A DNA stretch of 64,000 bases from Candidatus Nanohalarchaeota archaeon. GTDB lineage: Archaea > Nanohalarchaeota > Nanosalinia > Nanosalinales > Nanosalinaceae. The translations under genes were made by a program, and so were the position numbers. Under the pieces are notes generated by a model, which saw nothing but the letters and a program-made list of their open reading frames with translations, ran no database searches and was not told the DNA's origin. Below are positions 28,816 to 38,734 of this stretch, piece after piece. The DNA lies in the NCBI GenBank assembly GCA_022729235.1, contig JALDAJ010000001.1:864001-928000 (forward strand). Reading direction: 5' to 3'. Positions within the stretch are counted from its first letter, which is position 1. Every line of letters starts with the position of its first letter.

Positions 28816-29280
28816 CTACAATGGTGGTGAATACGTTTCTACCAGCTTGTAACCCAGTTCACTAGCCTCGTCCAGTATCGAGTCCATATCCGATGTAGTC
28901 TCGCCTATTTCTCCAGATGCGGTAAAAGGTATGCCGGTTCCATGGGGTCCGAAGTACGTGGGCTCTATTTCACTGTAGGCGTGATCCCTGGCTTCTTCAA
29001 GATTAGCCTGTTCTCCCTCACGTCCAGTTACAGGCATATCCAGCGAAGCACACCAGTCATCTTCGTTCCCATCGAACCTTACTCTCAGGGTAGGAGCCAT
29101 GAATCCGAAATCTCCGTTTAGTATAAGGTATATTTCCGGGGTGTTCTCCTCCTGGTACTGTTCCACCCACTCATCGACCTGGTCGTAGAAAGGTTCTTCT
29201 CCCACACATTGGTTATATCGCCAGTCATTACTTTTATTGAGACTGCAAATTAACTCCCTTACTTCTTCGGAATCGTCCAT
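28816..29280 (-). CDS. hypothetical protein
   Basis: Acidic ORF from ATG 29280. Confidence 0.6.
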   Translation of the reverse strand: MDDSEEVRELICSLNKSNDWRYNQCVGEEPFYDQVDEWVEQYQEENTPEIYLILNGDFGFMAPTLRVRFDGNEDDWCASLDMPVTGREGEQANLEEARDHAYSEIEPTYFGPHGTGIPFTASGEIGETTSDMDSILDEASELGYKLVETYSPPL

Positions 29281-29401
29281 AACTATTGAATCAAGATTAA
29301 AAACGAATAAATATGTGGTCAAGCACACATAATCCTGTTGAGAAATCACCGGTTAAAGCTTTATACACCGGGATAACCGTATTACTTACGTGGAAGCGTA
29401 G

Positions 29402-30403
29402 ATGAACAGGGTAGTAAACGTTGGCGATGACGAGAAGGAGAGTTCTATGGACACGGATATGGAGGAGTTAAAGGAAAGACTCTACAAGAGCATTGGACTG
29501 GCGTTTATTGCCGTTATTTCTCATACAGTTTCTGCTTTCGGTCATATAACTACGGCTGCGATTAAGATATGGCGTATATCTGTGAAGTCCTTGGTTAAAG
29601 CGTCAGGATATGTTTCACAGGCTTTAAAGAGAGTTTCTGGAATACTGCCGGGTAAAATTAGAGAGGTATTCGATAACATAGAAAGAGAGACGGATACAAT
29701 CTTGAGGCTGTCCTCCATCTTTCTAGGAGTTGCTATTCTGTCATTCTCACTGACAGCTTTCCTTGGACTCAATTTTTACTCTTCTATGACCTCGCAGGAA
29801 GCCTACGTCTCTATGGTTAACACAACCCATGATTCCGGGGACACTATCGCCTACGGAGACCGCAGCTGGTACGGGGATACGTGTGATGTATCACGTGTTA
29901 TATCCTCAGTTGAAGTTCCCTGTGACACACTAGCTGGCGGAATGGATTCTGTTATAGGTTACGTCGCGGATCAGAAGGACGTTGACAGGGAGGAAGTACT
30001 GGTTGATGTCGCGGAGAGAGCTTATGCAGACTCAAATATCGCTTCTAAGCATCAAGCCTCTGTTACTCTTATGCCGGGCGCAGTGGCTCTTGCTGCTATC
30101 TCGGCACTGATAATTTCATACCGGTCCCGGAATGTTCTCGAGGTATTCAAGAGAGTGGGTAGCGCCAACATCATCTCAGGTTTCCTGCTGTTCGCGCTGA
30201 AGTCTCTTCTACCATATAATATAGTCGATACCGCTGCACACTACACACTGGGATCTTCAAACGTGGTAGTCCTCGCCAACAGTATCTCCCTAGTTCAACC
30301 CTTCCGAGCCCAGCTCTTTATCCTGGACGTGGTCGCGATATTCCTTACTTTCTCAGGGTCAATCCTTGTACTATCCGCTTACTATCTTGAGCATAAATAC
30401 TAG
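29402..30403 (+). CDS. hypothetical membrane protein
   Basis: Several hydrophobic segments around an acidic loop. Confidence 0.7.
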   Translation: MNRVVNVGDDEKESSMDTDMEELKERLYKSIGLAFIAVISHTVSAFGHITTAAIKIWRISVKSLVKASGYVSQALKRVSGILPGKIREVFDNIERETDTILRLSSIFLGVAILSFSLTAFLGLNFYSSMTSQEAYVSMVNTTHDSGDTIAYGDRSWYGDTCDVSRVISSVEVPCDTLAGGMDSVIGYVADQKDVDREEVLVDVAERAYADSNIASKHQASVTLMPGAVALAAISALIISYRSRNVLEVFKRVGSANIISGFLLFALKSLLPYNIVDTAAHYTLGSSNVVVLANSISLVQPFRAQLFILDVVAIFLTFSGSILVLSAYYLEHKY

Positions 30404-30759
30404 CCCTGGCGTCTCATATCCTCCAGTAAGTCCTCTTTCAACTCCTGGTACTCTTCCTCGGTAATCGCATCTTTATCTCTTAGCTCAGCGAGTCGTTCCA
30501 GCTCCGAAAGTTTGCGGTCATCAAGTAGACCTGTATAACCTCCCCATACCGCAACGAGGTAGACGAGCGCGCCCACGAAGTTGAAAACAAGTATCACGAC
30601 CGCCCAGAGAAGCTTTTCTTCCACGCTCATACTTTCTCTTTTCACAAGAAGATCATAGAACGCGTAGACTATTACTGCCAGCGCGGCGATTGATGCTAGC
30701 ACACCTAACAGGGTTATCAATGCAAAAGTGCCTAAAGCAAACATTTCTCCGGGGAACAT
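30400..30759 (-). CDS. PLDc_N plus SHOCT membrane protein
   Basis: EKLLW..VIL.FN..GAL.YL and LERL.EL....AITEEEY..LK..LL. Confidence 0.85.
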   Translation of the reverse strand: MFPGEMFALGTFALITLLGVLASIAALAVIVYAFYDLLVKRESMSVEEKLLWAVVILVFNFVGALVYLVAVWGGYTGLLDDRKLSELERLAELRDKDAITEEEYQELKEDLLEDMRRQG

Positions 30760-30810
30760 ACAGTAAGTTAGTTCAGCCAGAGTTATAACTTTTAAATCGG
30801 GACAGAGAGG

Positions 30811-31467
30811 TCAGACGGGTTTTCTAAACTCTACTTTCTCCATAAGCCTCCGGATAGCGGATTTGAACACTTCATGAGTCTCCTTGTGATCGTGGATAAG
30901 GATTATGTCTGCTGAATCTGTGTTAAGACCCTTCATGTTTCCCGGTTCGTCCTCATCCATCCGTTCCAGTACTTCTTCCCTGCTGTCGATTTCGTACTCC
31001 TTGACATCGAATGTCCAGAACCAGTCAACTTTGTCTCTGCATTTTTCATCGTACCATCCATACGTGATTCCCGGGAAGCCAGGCTTGCTGTACCCCTGCT
31101 CTCTTAGAAAACTCTGCAGCTCTTCTTCTTTCTCACCGCCCCTGTTACCGAACGGGAACCGGAAGAACTTTCCTGGTCTATCCACTCCTGCTCTCTCATA
31201 GAGCTTATCAATGAGTTCGTCAGTCCTCCTGATCTCTTCCTCCGCCTTCTCCAGACTGATATCTGAGAACTTAGGGTGGCTGTAGGCGTGGTTCCCGATG
31301 ATGAATCCCTCTCTTATCGCCTTGACAACAATCTCTGGTCGTTCCTCAAGGTAGTGCCCCTCGCAGAAGAACACTGCAGGGACATCATTGGAGATAAGAA
31401 GCTCTAGCTTGTCCTCGAATACAGGCGAGGGCGCGTCATCGATTGTCAGGTAAGCGGTCTTTGTCAT
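30811..31467 (-). CDS. polysaccharide deacetylase (NodB/CE4)
   Basis: LTIDDAP, GNHAYSH, FRFPFG, IILIHD. Confidence 0.92.
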   Translation of the reverse strand: MTKTAYLTIDDAPSPVFEDKLELLISNDVPAVFFCEGHYLEERPEIVVKAIREGFIIGNHAYSHPKFSDISLEKAEEEIRRTDELIDKLYERAGVDRPGKFFRFPFGNRGGEKEEELQSFLREQGYSKPGFPGITYGWYDEKCRDKVDWFWTFDVKEYEIDSREEVLERMDEDEPGNMKGLNTDSADIILIHDHKETHEVFKSAIRRLMEKVEFRKPV

Positions 31468-32031
31468 TCAAGACAACTCTTTCTCGTAGATTGTGTTCGC
31501 TTCGAAGGCGTTGAAATTTTCTTTCAGCTCGTTTCTGGTTCCTGCGCTGTAGTTATCGAACTCTACGTACAGGAACTTTATCTCAGAGCCGATATCGCGT
31601 TCATCGACTAATCTTTCCTCCTTCCTGTAGTTTTCAGGCAAATCACTCCTGTTCACCTGCAGAAGTATCTTCTCGGGTCGGTAACCGCAGCGCCTGTAAA
31701 ACTCTTCCACATTATCCGCTGTCGCCACACTAACTCTGTCCGAGTAATTCCGTGCCTGTTTTTCAAAGAACTCCAGTATGCTTTTTCCAAATCCTTCTCC
31801 CCGGTAATCCTCTCTGACCGCGATGGATTCAAGTATAACTTCACCGTCTCTCACGGTTCCGGATGCCTCTCCTATCAGTTCTTTACTATCTCTGCATACG
31901 ACAAAAAGCTCCGGCCACTTCTCGTATTTCTCCCTGAACTCTTCAAGTGAATCATCTCTCTCCGTGTACTTCTTCTCGAACTCCAGCAATTTCTCGAGTT
32001 CTTCACTATTTGCGGTACGGGTTTCGACCAT
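31468..32031 (-). CDS. GNAT-family acetyltransferase
   Basis: IAVREDYRGEGFG and FYRRCGY. Confidence 0.88.
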   Translation of the reverse strand: MVETRTANSEELEKLLEFEKKYTERDDSLEEFREKYEKWPELFVVCRDSKELIGEASGTVRDGEVILESIAVREDYRGEGFGKSILEFFEKQARNYSDRVSVATADNVEEFYRRCGYRPEKILLQVNRSDLPENYRKEERLVDERDIGSEIKFLYVEFDNYSAGTRNELKENFNAFEANTIYEKELS

Positions 32032-32154
32032 AACCGTGTATAGGATGCGATGTTCTTACATCTAGCGCAAGAACCCTGTTGAGACAAGAAAAAATCCTTA
32101 TCTACCTTTTAAAGCTTGGGTTCTATCGGTTGCTATCAAAGGAGGTGTTTAATT

Positions 32155-32349
32155 TTGAAAGGTACAGTAAAATTCTTCCATGACAGGAAGAACTACGGTT
32201 TCATCGAGACAGACGAAATGGACGACGACGTATTCTTCCACAAGGAAGAAATGGACGACGATCTACACGTAGAAGAAGGAACTGAAGTCGAATTCGAACA
32301 AGAAGAAGGCGACCGTGGACCAAAAGCAGTCAACGTCACAGAAGCGTAA
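32155..32349 (+). CDS. csp: cold-shock domain protein
   Basis: KGTVKFF..KNYGFI, DVFFH, GPKAVNV; TTG start after GGAGGTG RBS. Confidence 0.95.
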   Translation: MKGTVKFFHDRKNYGFIETDEMDDDVFFHKEEMDDDLHVEEGTEVEFEQEEGDRGPKAVNVTEA

Positions 32350-32372
32350 GCCCCCTGGGTTTAAGCTTCTGG
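32340..32372 (+). terminator. 3' hairpin of csp
   Basis: AGAAGC-TAAGCCC/GGGTTTA-GCTTCT stem spanning the stop codon. Confidence 0.45.
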
Positions 32373-32399
32373 ATACATATCAACCCATATTTTCTCTCA

Positions 32400-33095
32400 T
32401 TATTCTACCCGGTTCTCCATAATATCCAGGAACTCCGGGTCATACTCTTCATCAACATGTTTGACATTCCACAGTCCTGAATCTCTTACCTTTTCCCCGG
32501 GACTGTAGTTGCCGAGCCATTCCCCTGGTCTCTCATCGATATTGTACTCTGTACCCAGGTTGCTCAAAAGGGCGACAGCATTCCTCTGGATTACACCCCG
32601 TTCACTTTTCGAGCTAGGACGGTCATCTACTTCCATCCACAGCACCTGTAGCTCTCCAAGGAACTCACTGACCTTCTCCTCCAACTCATGCTCCTCGTCC
32701 CGTGTACCAGTTTCCGCAGAGCTGTTCCAGTCAGGGTAACGTTCTTCCAGACCATCTCTCTCAATGATAGCCTCACCTACCAGTCTCCGGAGTGCAGAGT
32801 TCCGGTGGTTTCCACCACCCGCGTAGTCGCCGGTAGTAGCACCTCTTATCTTCCTCAGACTGTCCCAGAGCGTTGTATCAGTTCCCTGGCTCAGCATATG
32901 CGTGCCGACGTGAGTAACCCGTAACTGGCTGGAGTCCTCACGCGTCTCGTCCGGCGCGCAGAGAAAGTAAACACCTCTTTCCGGCCACTTCATATCGCTG
33001 TCACATTCACCTAGCTCCCTGAAACTACCGCACTTCCTCTCTTTTAGTCGCTGAAGAATACTGTAGAAAAGGTTAACATCTTCCTCTCGAGTCAT
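32400..33095 (-). CDS. conserved hypothetical protein, GIY-YIG-like
   Basis: RGVYF..THVGT, GGNHR.S, GLWN motifs. Confidence 0.6.
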   Translation of the reverse strand: MTREEDVNLFYSILQRLKERKCGSFRELGECDSDMKWPERGVYFLCAPDETREDSSQLRVTHVGTHMLSQGTDTTLWDSLRKIRGATTGDYAGGGNHRNSALRRLVGEAIIERDGLEERYPDWNSSAETGTRDEEHELEEKVSEFLGELQVLWMEVDDRPSSKSERGVIQRNAVALLSNLGTEYNIDERPGEWLGNYSPGEKVRDSGLWNVKHVDEEYDPEFLDIMENRVE

Positions 33096-33180
33096 ACAAC
33101 AAACTGGACACAGCCCGTATAAAGAGATTTCCCAGCATCCTTACCAAACCAATAAAGTATTTACTTTACTACATACTTCT

Positions 33181-33801
33181 GTGGCACAGTCAACATATAC
33201 GGGACAGGATTTTCTGGATGCCTTAGAAGATTTCTCAGGAGCAAATGATAATCTCGAGAGCGCAGCATTTAAGCTAGAGGTGCGTATAGATCACTTCAAG
33301 GAAACCAAGGATTACCACCGGTTAGATAAGGGCATCAACGAACTTACAGGTGCATTGACGGAGATGTGTGATGAGTTCAGGAAAGTCAATAGGATACTGT
33401 CAGGAACGTCTTCTACTGTAGACATGGACCCGCATGACATTATAACCTCTGGCTCCGTCAGAGTCAGAGGCATCAGTAGGCTCGAGGGTGTTGTAAAAGG
33501 AATACACAAGCTCGCATCAGAGTTTGAAAACTATCCTCACAACGTGGATTTCGAGGGCGTGGACTACAGTATTATATGTCCTGCAGTTGCAGGGTTCTAC
33601 AGCCCGCAGAATGTCAACGAAGAATGGGTACAGCTCGGTTATACATACGAGAAGATTGCAAATAATGAAGTCTTGCTCCGAGCCCAACCTACAGCAGGCA
33701 GGACGCCTGTTCAGCGACTCTATGACGAGGACAATGAATTCTACCGTAGCCAGGCTACAGTTATAGAGAGCCAGATGTCGCCAGAAACAGTTGCTGATTA
33801 A
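33181..33801 (+). CDS. hypothetical protein
   Basis: 206-aa ORF with GTG start. Confidence 0.6.
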   Translation: MAQSTYTGQDFLDALEDFSGANDNLESAAFKLEVRIDHFKETKDYHRLDKGINELTGALTEMCDEFRKVNRILSGTSSTVDMDPHDIITSGSVRVRGISRLEGVVKGIHKLASEFENYPHNVDFEGVDYSIICPAVAGFYSPQNVNEEWVQLGYTYEKIANNEVLLRAQPTAGRTPVQRLYDEDNEFYRSQATVIESQMSPETVAD

Positions 33802-34051
33802 AATTACTTCTGTAATCTAAAACCACTTGACGTCAGCCGCCAAATACACGGCGACCTCCAAGACATCTTCCAGAAGATAAACCTGACTCCCGCAACTTCT
33901 GCATGGAACAACTCCCACAGTATTCGTCCTGAAAAGAAGGATTTGGAGCGGCAGAACAGTTAAATCTCTTATAGATACATCTAAGAATGTGAGAACGAGT
34001 CAGGACGAGAGAAGGGTGAACCTAGGGCAGGGACCTCTGCATTACCACCTT

Positions 34052-34438
34052 ATGACCATACCTGACCTCCTTGAAAGCGAATACGACCACTACGACATAG
34101 ATGCTAACCCGCCCTACATCAGGACTGAACCCGTCCTCTCGGGAGAAGAGGTCGACGGCTACTCGATCGAACATTGGGTTGAAAGGGAACTCGAGGTGAG
34201 CATGACTGACTCTCCTATCCGTAACCGCGAGGTCATACTATCCGGTCTGGACAGGAAAGATGGCTTAGACTGGGAAAGGATACTCTCGATAAGAATGGAG
34301 AGCAGAGAGATGGATGCCGAACAAGAAGTTTTCGTGTACGGCTTTACCCTGGACCTCCAGTTCATCATGGCAGACTATGACGAACTAGACTCAGATAGAC
34401 AGGGAGGAACCGGTATATGGGAGTACAGAACCACATAG
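34052..34438 (+). CDS. hypothetical protein
   Basis: Acidic ORF; start uncertain (33989 or 34052). Confidence 0.55.
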   Translation: MTIPDLLESEYDHYDIDANPPYIRTEPVLSGEEVDGYSIEHWVERELEVSMTDSPIRNREVILSGLDRKDGLDWERILSIRMESREMDAEQEVFVYGFTLDLQFIMADYDELDSDRQGGTGIWEYRTT

Positions 34439-34471
34439 ACAGGAACCAGGAAGATCAAGAGAGTGACTTCC

Positions 34472-35026
34472 CTACAACGTGTAAGAAAGCATAAGCACTG
34501 CCATCAGCATCATCCCAAAGTTTTCCACAAGAGTAACCTTTGTCAGCGGGACGTTGAAAACATCCCCGAGACATGCACAAGGCACTTCGTTTCCGTGAAG
34601 AATCTCATTCAGAACACCTACACCTCCGACACCCATCAGGAAGATAGTGGAGATATATGCCGCGACTTCAAGGTTCACGGAGGAACCGGAAAACACGATG
34701 AAGATAAAGAGCAGTCCCAGTCCGATTTCAAGGAAAGGATAAACCGTCGCATAAAAATCGCTTCTCGCCGCCAGCAAGTCATAGCTCTTGAAAGCCCCCC
34801 TGAAACCCTCCATGTTGTAAACCTTGAAACCTCCAAAAGTCAGGAAGAACATCGCCATCAAAGTCTTACCGATCTCCATGACCGCGTACTCACCACGCAA
34901 CACCGAGATAACCGCGGTTGAAACAAAAACAAAACCGAAAACACCCAACAGAGGTGCAAGTTCCTCCAACTTCTTGAAAACTTTCCTGCTCACATAACTG
35001 CTTTCTGCAGACACCGCTAAAAACAT
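34472..35026 (-). CDS. MauE/DoxX-family membrane protein
   Basis: F.GFK..N..GF..AF..YDL.A, YPFLE, CACLG..FNVP...T.VEN; start uncertain. Confidence 0.85.
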   Translation of the reverse strand: MFLAVSAESSYVSRKVFKKLEELAPLLGVFGFVFVSTAVISVLRGEYAVMEIGKTLMAMFFLTFGGFKVYNMEGFRGAFKSYDLLAARSDFYATVYPFLEIGLGLLFIFIVFSGSSVNLEVAAYISTIFLMGVGGVGVLNEILHGNEVPCACLGDVFNVPLTKVTLVENFGMMLMAVLMLSYTL

Positions 35027-35115
35027 TTTGATTCCCGTAGAAGCTAGTGTCAGACATCCCTAAGAAAAGATCGCTTCCGCTCCAAAGAAAAACAGTATCC
35101 TGACAACCTATATCA

Positions 35116-35655
35116 CTACAATCCCAGTTTCTCCCTGCGCGCCATCCCAAAACTTGTAACATCCTCTGCTAACACTTCGACATCACATTCAAACAGTTCG
35201 GGAAACACGGCGTGAATCTGGTCCGCAACAATGGCGTTGTACTCAAAGCTCTGGCGGTCGCTGAAAACCGAGAAACCTGTTTCGTCTTCTGGAAAACCTG
35301 GAAACGGTTCATCTCTCGCATAGAAACCCATGTTCTTCGTAGCTCCCTTGATAACCGGTACATCCCATTCATCACTGTAACTGGTAGGGTACACTCTTTC
35401 AAACTCTAGCCGTTGCTCGTCCTCCGCGACGTAAACCCGGGGAACCCAGAAAGAGCTTTCAAAAGTCTCAATCAACTCCTCCATGCTTCCAACAGCAGAA
35501 GAGTAAGCCGTGAAACCTCCTGGCTCCCAGTGAACCACGACCTTGTTTCCCTCGTAACTGAAAGTCCCTTCAACACACTCCTGATCATTACACGAACGGC
35601 GGGCACTCATCAAGGTCTGGAACTCGTAAAGAAGATCATCATCCTCTACCGCCAT
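35116..35655 (-). CDS. hypothetical protein
   Basis: Acidic 179-aa ORF. Confidence 0.65.
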   Translation of the reverse strand: MAVEDDDLLYEFQTLMSARRSCNDQECVEGTFSYEGNKVVVHWEPGGFTAYSSAVGSMEELIETFESSFWVPRVYVAEDEQRLEFERVYPTSYSDEWDVPVIKGATKNMGFYARDEPFPGFPEDETGFSVFSDRQSFEYNAIVADQIHAVFPELFECDVEVLAEDVTSFGMARREKLGL

Positions 35656-35707
35656 AAAAACCCTTTTTTGAGTAAAACTTTAAACCAGACTCGGCGAGAA
35701 CCCCTAC

Positions 35708-35940
35708 ATGAAACAACTCCTCCAGGAGTTAAACCAGCTGGACGAAATCAAGGCGGTCAAGAAGTTCAACGACCGCGTCCTCAAGATACAGTTATTCACC
35801 CGCGACATCAAGGGAAGCGACGCGGTAGAAATCCGCGGCGACATCCAAAGCATCTCCCAGAAACTCATCCGCCGGCTCAACGACGCCGCACGAAAACGAC
35901 CTGGAGGACTACGCCAGGATAATGGAGAGGGAGTTATAGT
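35708..35940 (+). pseudogene. probably truncated hypothetical gene
   Basis: Coding-like C-ending codons to about 35900, then the frame runs antisense into the next gene. Confidence 0.4.
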
Positions 35941-37113
35941 CTATTCAAGTTCACTCTCAATGTATTCTACTGCTCTATGTAATACTTCCGGGCTCCATGC
36001 ACCAGTTGTCAGTGCGTAGGTAGATCTATCATCATAATCTACCCGGTCCATAAGCACATTTCCTGCAGCATATGAAGATTCCTTAAATGCGTCATAGAGG
36101 CTCATGCTGCTGTTTTCTACCGTTTGTTCTGCCACAAATTCAGGGTATGACTGGGATAGAACGCTTACGGCTGAGTCAATCTCACCTCGTCTCTCTTGCT
36201 CCTTTACAAACTGTATAAAGGCGCTCCTAGAATTCATGTTGTTTTGAGAGTTATGCCGTAGTATATCAACTCCTTCTTGGGTTACAGGAAGTACATCACC
36301 GTACTCTTCAAGGAATTCCAGCGCCTTTTTGTCACATCTCTTGGCTATACCCTCTATATGTGCCTGTGTAGTAGGTGACCTCGTTACTCTCGGATTAAAC
36401 CTCGGGAATCTGATGCCCTCTGAGTTCGTCTGGTGCACTCCGTGACCTAGTACTTCGTGGAAGTAAGTCCTTATAATATTTGTCGCGTCTACTGTTACTT
36501 CTCCATTATCTTTCAGAACATCGAAGTAATCCTCGCTCATCCTGACCTCGTTATGCTCTCCGTTCCAGCTTGCTCTCTGCTCTCTGTTCGCAGGAATAGA
36601 TACCACATCATACGAGAAGTCATCAGGGAATATGTCATTTTCACGTGCATATTCGTCAACTATCTCCTTAATAATCTGCAGTTCCTCCTTCAAATCAACC
36701 TCTAAATCAGACCTACGAGGATCTACTTTGCTCCGACTTGATGACCTCCAGCTTGACTCATACTCACTTTCGAAATCATACTCCAAGGTATCTTTTCTCA
36801 GTCTGTCATAAGTTCCTTCTCCATGTACCGTATCAACTGCCTCCGGAACCGTAGTATCCGATTTCAGAGTCATGAAATCAGCCATCTCTCTAATAGCATC
36901 TATCCTGTAATCAAGCTCATCCACAACCAGCTCCTCGAACTCGCTATCAGTTTCAACTCCGGAAAGCTGGTTATCGAAGCTATCTAGCTCATCAGCCAAA
37001 CGATCATAACCCACGGGATTAACAGTGCTACTCAGGAAGGCCTCGGTCCTCTTACCCACCATCTCAAAACCATCAACCACTTCCTGAAGCTCATCCGAAA
37101 TCTCAACTTCCAT
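35941..37113 (-). CDS. hypothetical protein with DUF885-like metallopeptidase motif
   Basis: FHEVLGHGVH followed by a downstream EG. Confidence 0.6.
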   Translation of the reverse strand: MEVEISDELQEVVDGFEMVGKRTEAFLSSTVNPVGYDRLADELDSFDNQLSGVETDSEFEELVVDELDYRIDAIREMADFMTLKSDTTVPEAVDTVHGEGTYDRLRKDTLEYDFESEYESSWRSSSRSKVDPRRSDLEVDLKEELQIIKEIVDEYARENDIFPDDFSYDVVSIPANREQRASWNGEHNEVRMSEDYFDVLKDNGEVTVDATNIIRTYFHEVLGHGVHQTNSEGIRFPRFNPRVTRSPTTQAHIEGIAKRCDKKALEFLEEYGDVLPVTQEGVDILRHNSQNNMNSRSAFIQFVKEQERRGEIDSAVSVLSQSYPEFVAEQTVENSSMSLYDAFKESSYAAGNVLMDRVDYDDRSTYALTTGAWSPEVLHRAVEYIESELE

Positions 37114-37163
37114 ATTGTCACTTACAAGAATAAACAATTTAAAATCAGGGTCGGAACTGGATC

Positions 37164-37186
37164 GACCGCCCCCAGAAACAGTACCA
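37164..37186. repeat. 23-bp motif GACCGC-N4-AGAAACAGTACCA, copy 1
   Basis: 21/23 identical to 38608-38630. Confidence 0.65.
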
Positions 37187-37344
37187 AGAGACTAATTTAG
37201 GTTATGATTCTTCTGTAACGGATAGGAAGAGTAGAGGTCATAAACCAGGGCACTATCAAGTGAGTTTGGAGAATTATAACTTGAACTTTTCCGCTGGTAG
37301 AATACGCACAGCTCTATGGAGAAAAACTGTAGAGGGGCAGGAAG

Positions 37345-38562
37345 TTACAGCGAATATGTATCAGTTTTAGGGTCATAAGTTACTATTCTTCCTTGTCGAA
37401 GATCAGTCTCTCTTAACTCCATGAGCGTCTCTCCTGTTTTTCTCAGGGCGTATGTAGATTTGGTTATATCCATGCCATCGTCAAGCGCGAAGTTTGCAAG
37501 CTTTTTTGCCAGATCTATATAACTTGTCTCACCATTTTTCTCAAGATGCTTTATTGCTTGATCAGCAAGCGTTTCAACCTGGCTATCAGGTTCGTAATTG
37601 TTCTCACAGGTGTTATATACTATATCCTTCGAGACTTCTGCTGGTGTATCTTCAGTTATTTTCTCATAGCCATCTTCGAACACAAACTCGCCGAACTCGT
37701 GGACTGCGTCAAGCAGTTCATCGCCTTTCTCAGTTCGATGATACTCGGTGAACGCGCCGGGTTCGACATCAACTACCAAGTCATACTCTTCAAGAGTATC
37801 GAGATTCCAAGCTATATTCTGTATGTCAACGATTCTCTGTATCTCGGAGAAAGATCTGCCCTCGGCCCCTTCAAGTACCTGAAGAGTTCCTGCTGAACCA
37901 GAGCCTATACTATCCCAGTAATCCTCGTCCAGAACGCTTAGTAAATCTTCCTCCTCCAGATGTCCCAGTCCATCTCTTACCCACTCGCCTTCATCCGTCA
38001 GCGTTCTTCCGCCCCCGTCTCTTTCCACCAACTCGAGATTCTCAAACCGGTAAAAAGACTGCGCCGTGAAACTATCGTACGTGCGCTCATCGATATCTCT
38101 GCGGTCGAAATTGTCCTCATCAAGTTCAAATATAATTTCTCTCCGTTCAGGGACTGTAAACGGGCTGAGTACTTCCAGATAATCGCCAAATACCTCTCTG
38201 TCTGTACATCGCTCATCTTCAGAATCATCCGTCTTCTCCTCAAGCCTGCGGAAAATGTCCGCGATATCCTCCTTGCTACCGGGGTCTTCCAAACTACTGA
38301 ACAGGTTAACCAGTCCACCTGGCGCAGAATACTCTGAATACCCCGTGGTCTCATCTTCCTTAATGAGCACTCCCATGTCACAGAGCCGTCCCCTGACTCC
38401 TGATACGGACACAGGGTGGTAACCAAGTTCCTCGGCTAACTCGGCGTTAGTTTTATCGGGATTCAGGAGCGTATTTTCAAGAACTACTAGCTCTGGACGC
38501 GAAAGCTCTGGAACACTTTCTAAATCAGCCGTCTCTGCCTGAGAACTCTCTGTAGCCACCAT
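37345..38562 (-). CDS. multi-winged-helix protein
   Basis: About four wHTH-like units (AELAEELG..L.DMGVL; LVER..LTDEG; FSEI..L.EYDLV..TEKG; SYIDLA..YSL). Confidence 0.65.
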   Translation of the reverse strand: MVATESSQAETADLESVPELSRPELVVLENTLLNPDKTNAELAEELGYHPVSVSGVRGRLCDMGVLIKEDETTGYSEYSAPGGLVNLFSSLEDPGSKEDIADIFRRLEEKTDDSEDERCTDREVFGDYLEVLSPFTVPERREIIFELDEDNFDRRDIDERTYDSFTAQSFYRFENLELVERDGGGRTLTDEGEWVRDGLGHLEEEDLLSVLDEDYWDSIGSGSAGTLQVLEGAEGRSFSEIQRIVDIQNIAWNLDTLEEYDLVVDVEPGAFTEYHRTEKGDELLDAVHEFGEFVFEDGYEKITEDTPAEVSKDIVYNTCENNYEPDSQVETLADQAIKHLEKNGETSYIDLAKKLANFALDDGMDITKSTYALRKTGETLMELRETDLRQGRIVTYDPKTDTYSL

Positions 38563-38607
38563 AGACTCACAGTATTTACTAAAATATATAATAATCCGGA
38601 GAAACCA

Positions 38608-38630
38608 GACCGCTCACAGAAACAGTACCA
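38608..38630. repeat. 23-bp motif, copy 2
   Basis: GACCGCTCACAGAAACAGTACCA. Confidence 0.65.
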
Positions 38631-38734
38631 GGAAATCACAAGGTCCTATGGCAGAGTATTATTAGGTTAGTGTGAAGGGGTAGAGTTTGCCGTGGATAAA
38701 AAGAGGTTTAACTCTACTTGTATGAAATGGCTTT

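Noticed and set aside
37285-37340. Replication origin (ORB-like CCAGCGGAAAA and TGGAGAAAAACTGTAGAGGGG)
   Set aside because: Weak match, no orc1/cdc6 nearby and no clear AT-rich unwinding element.
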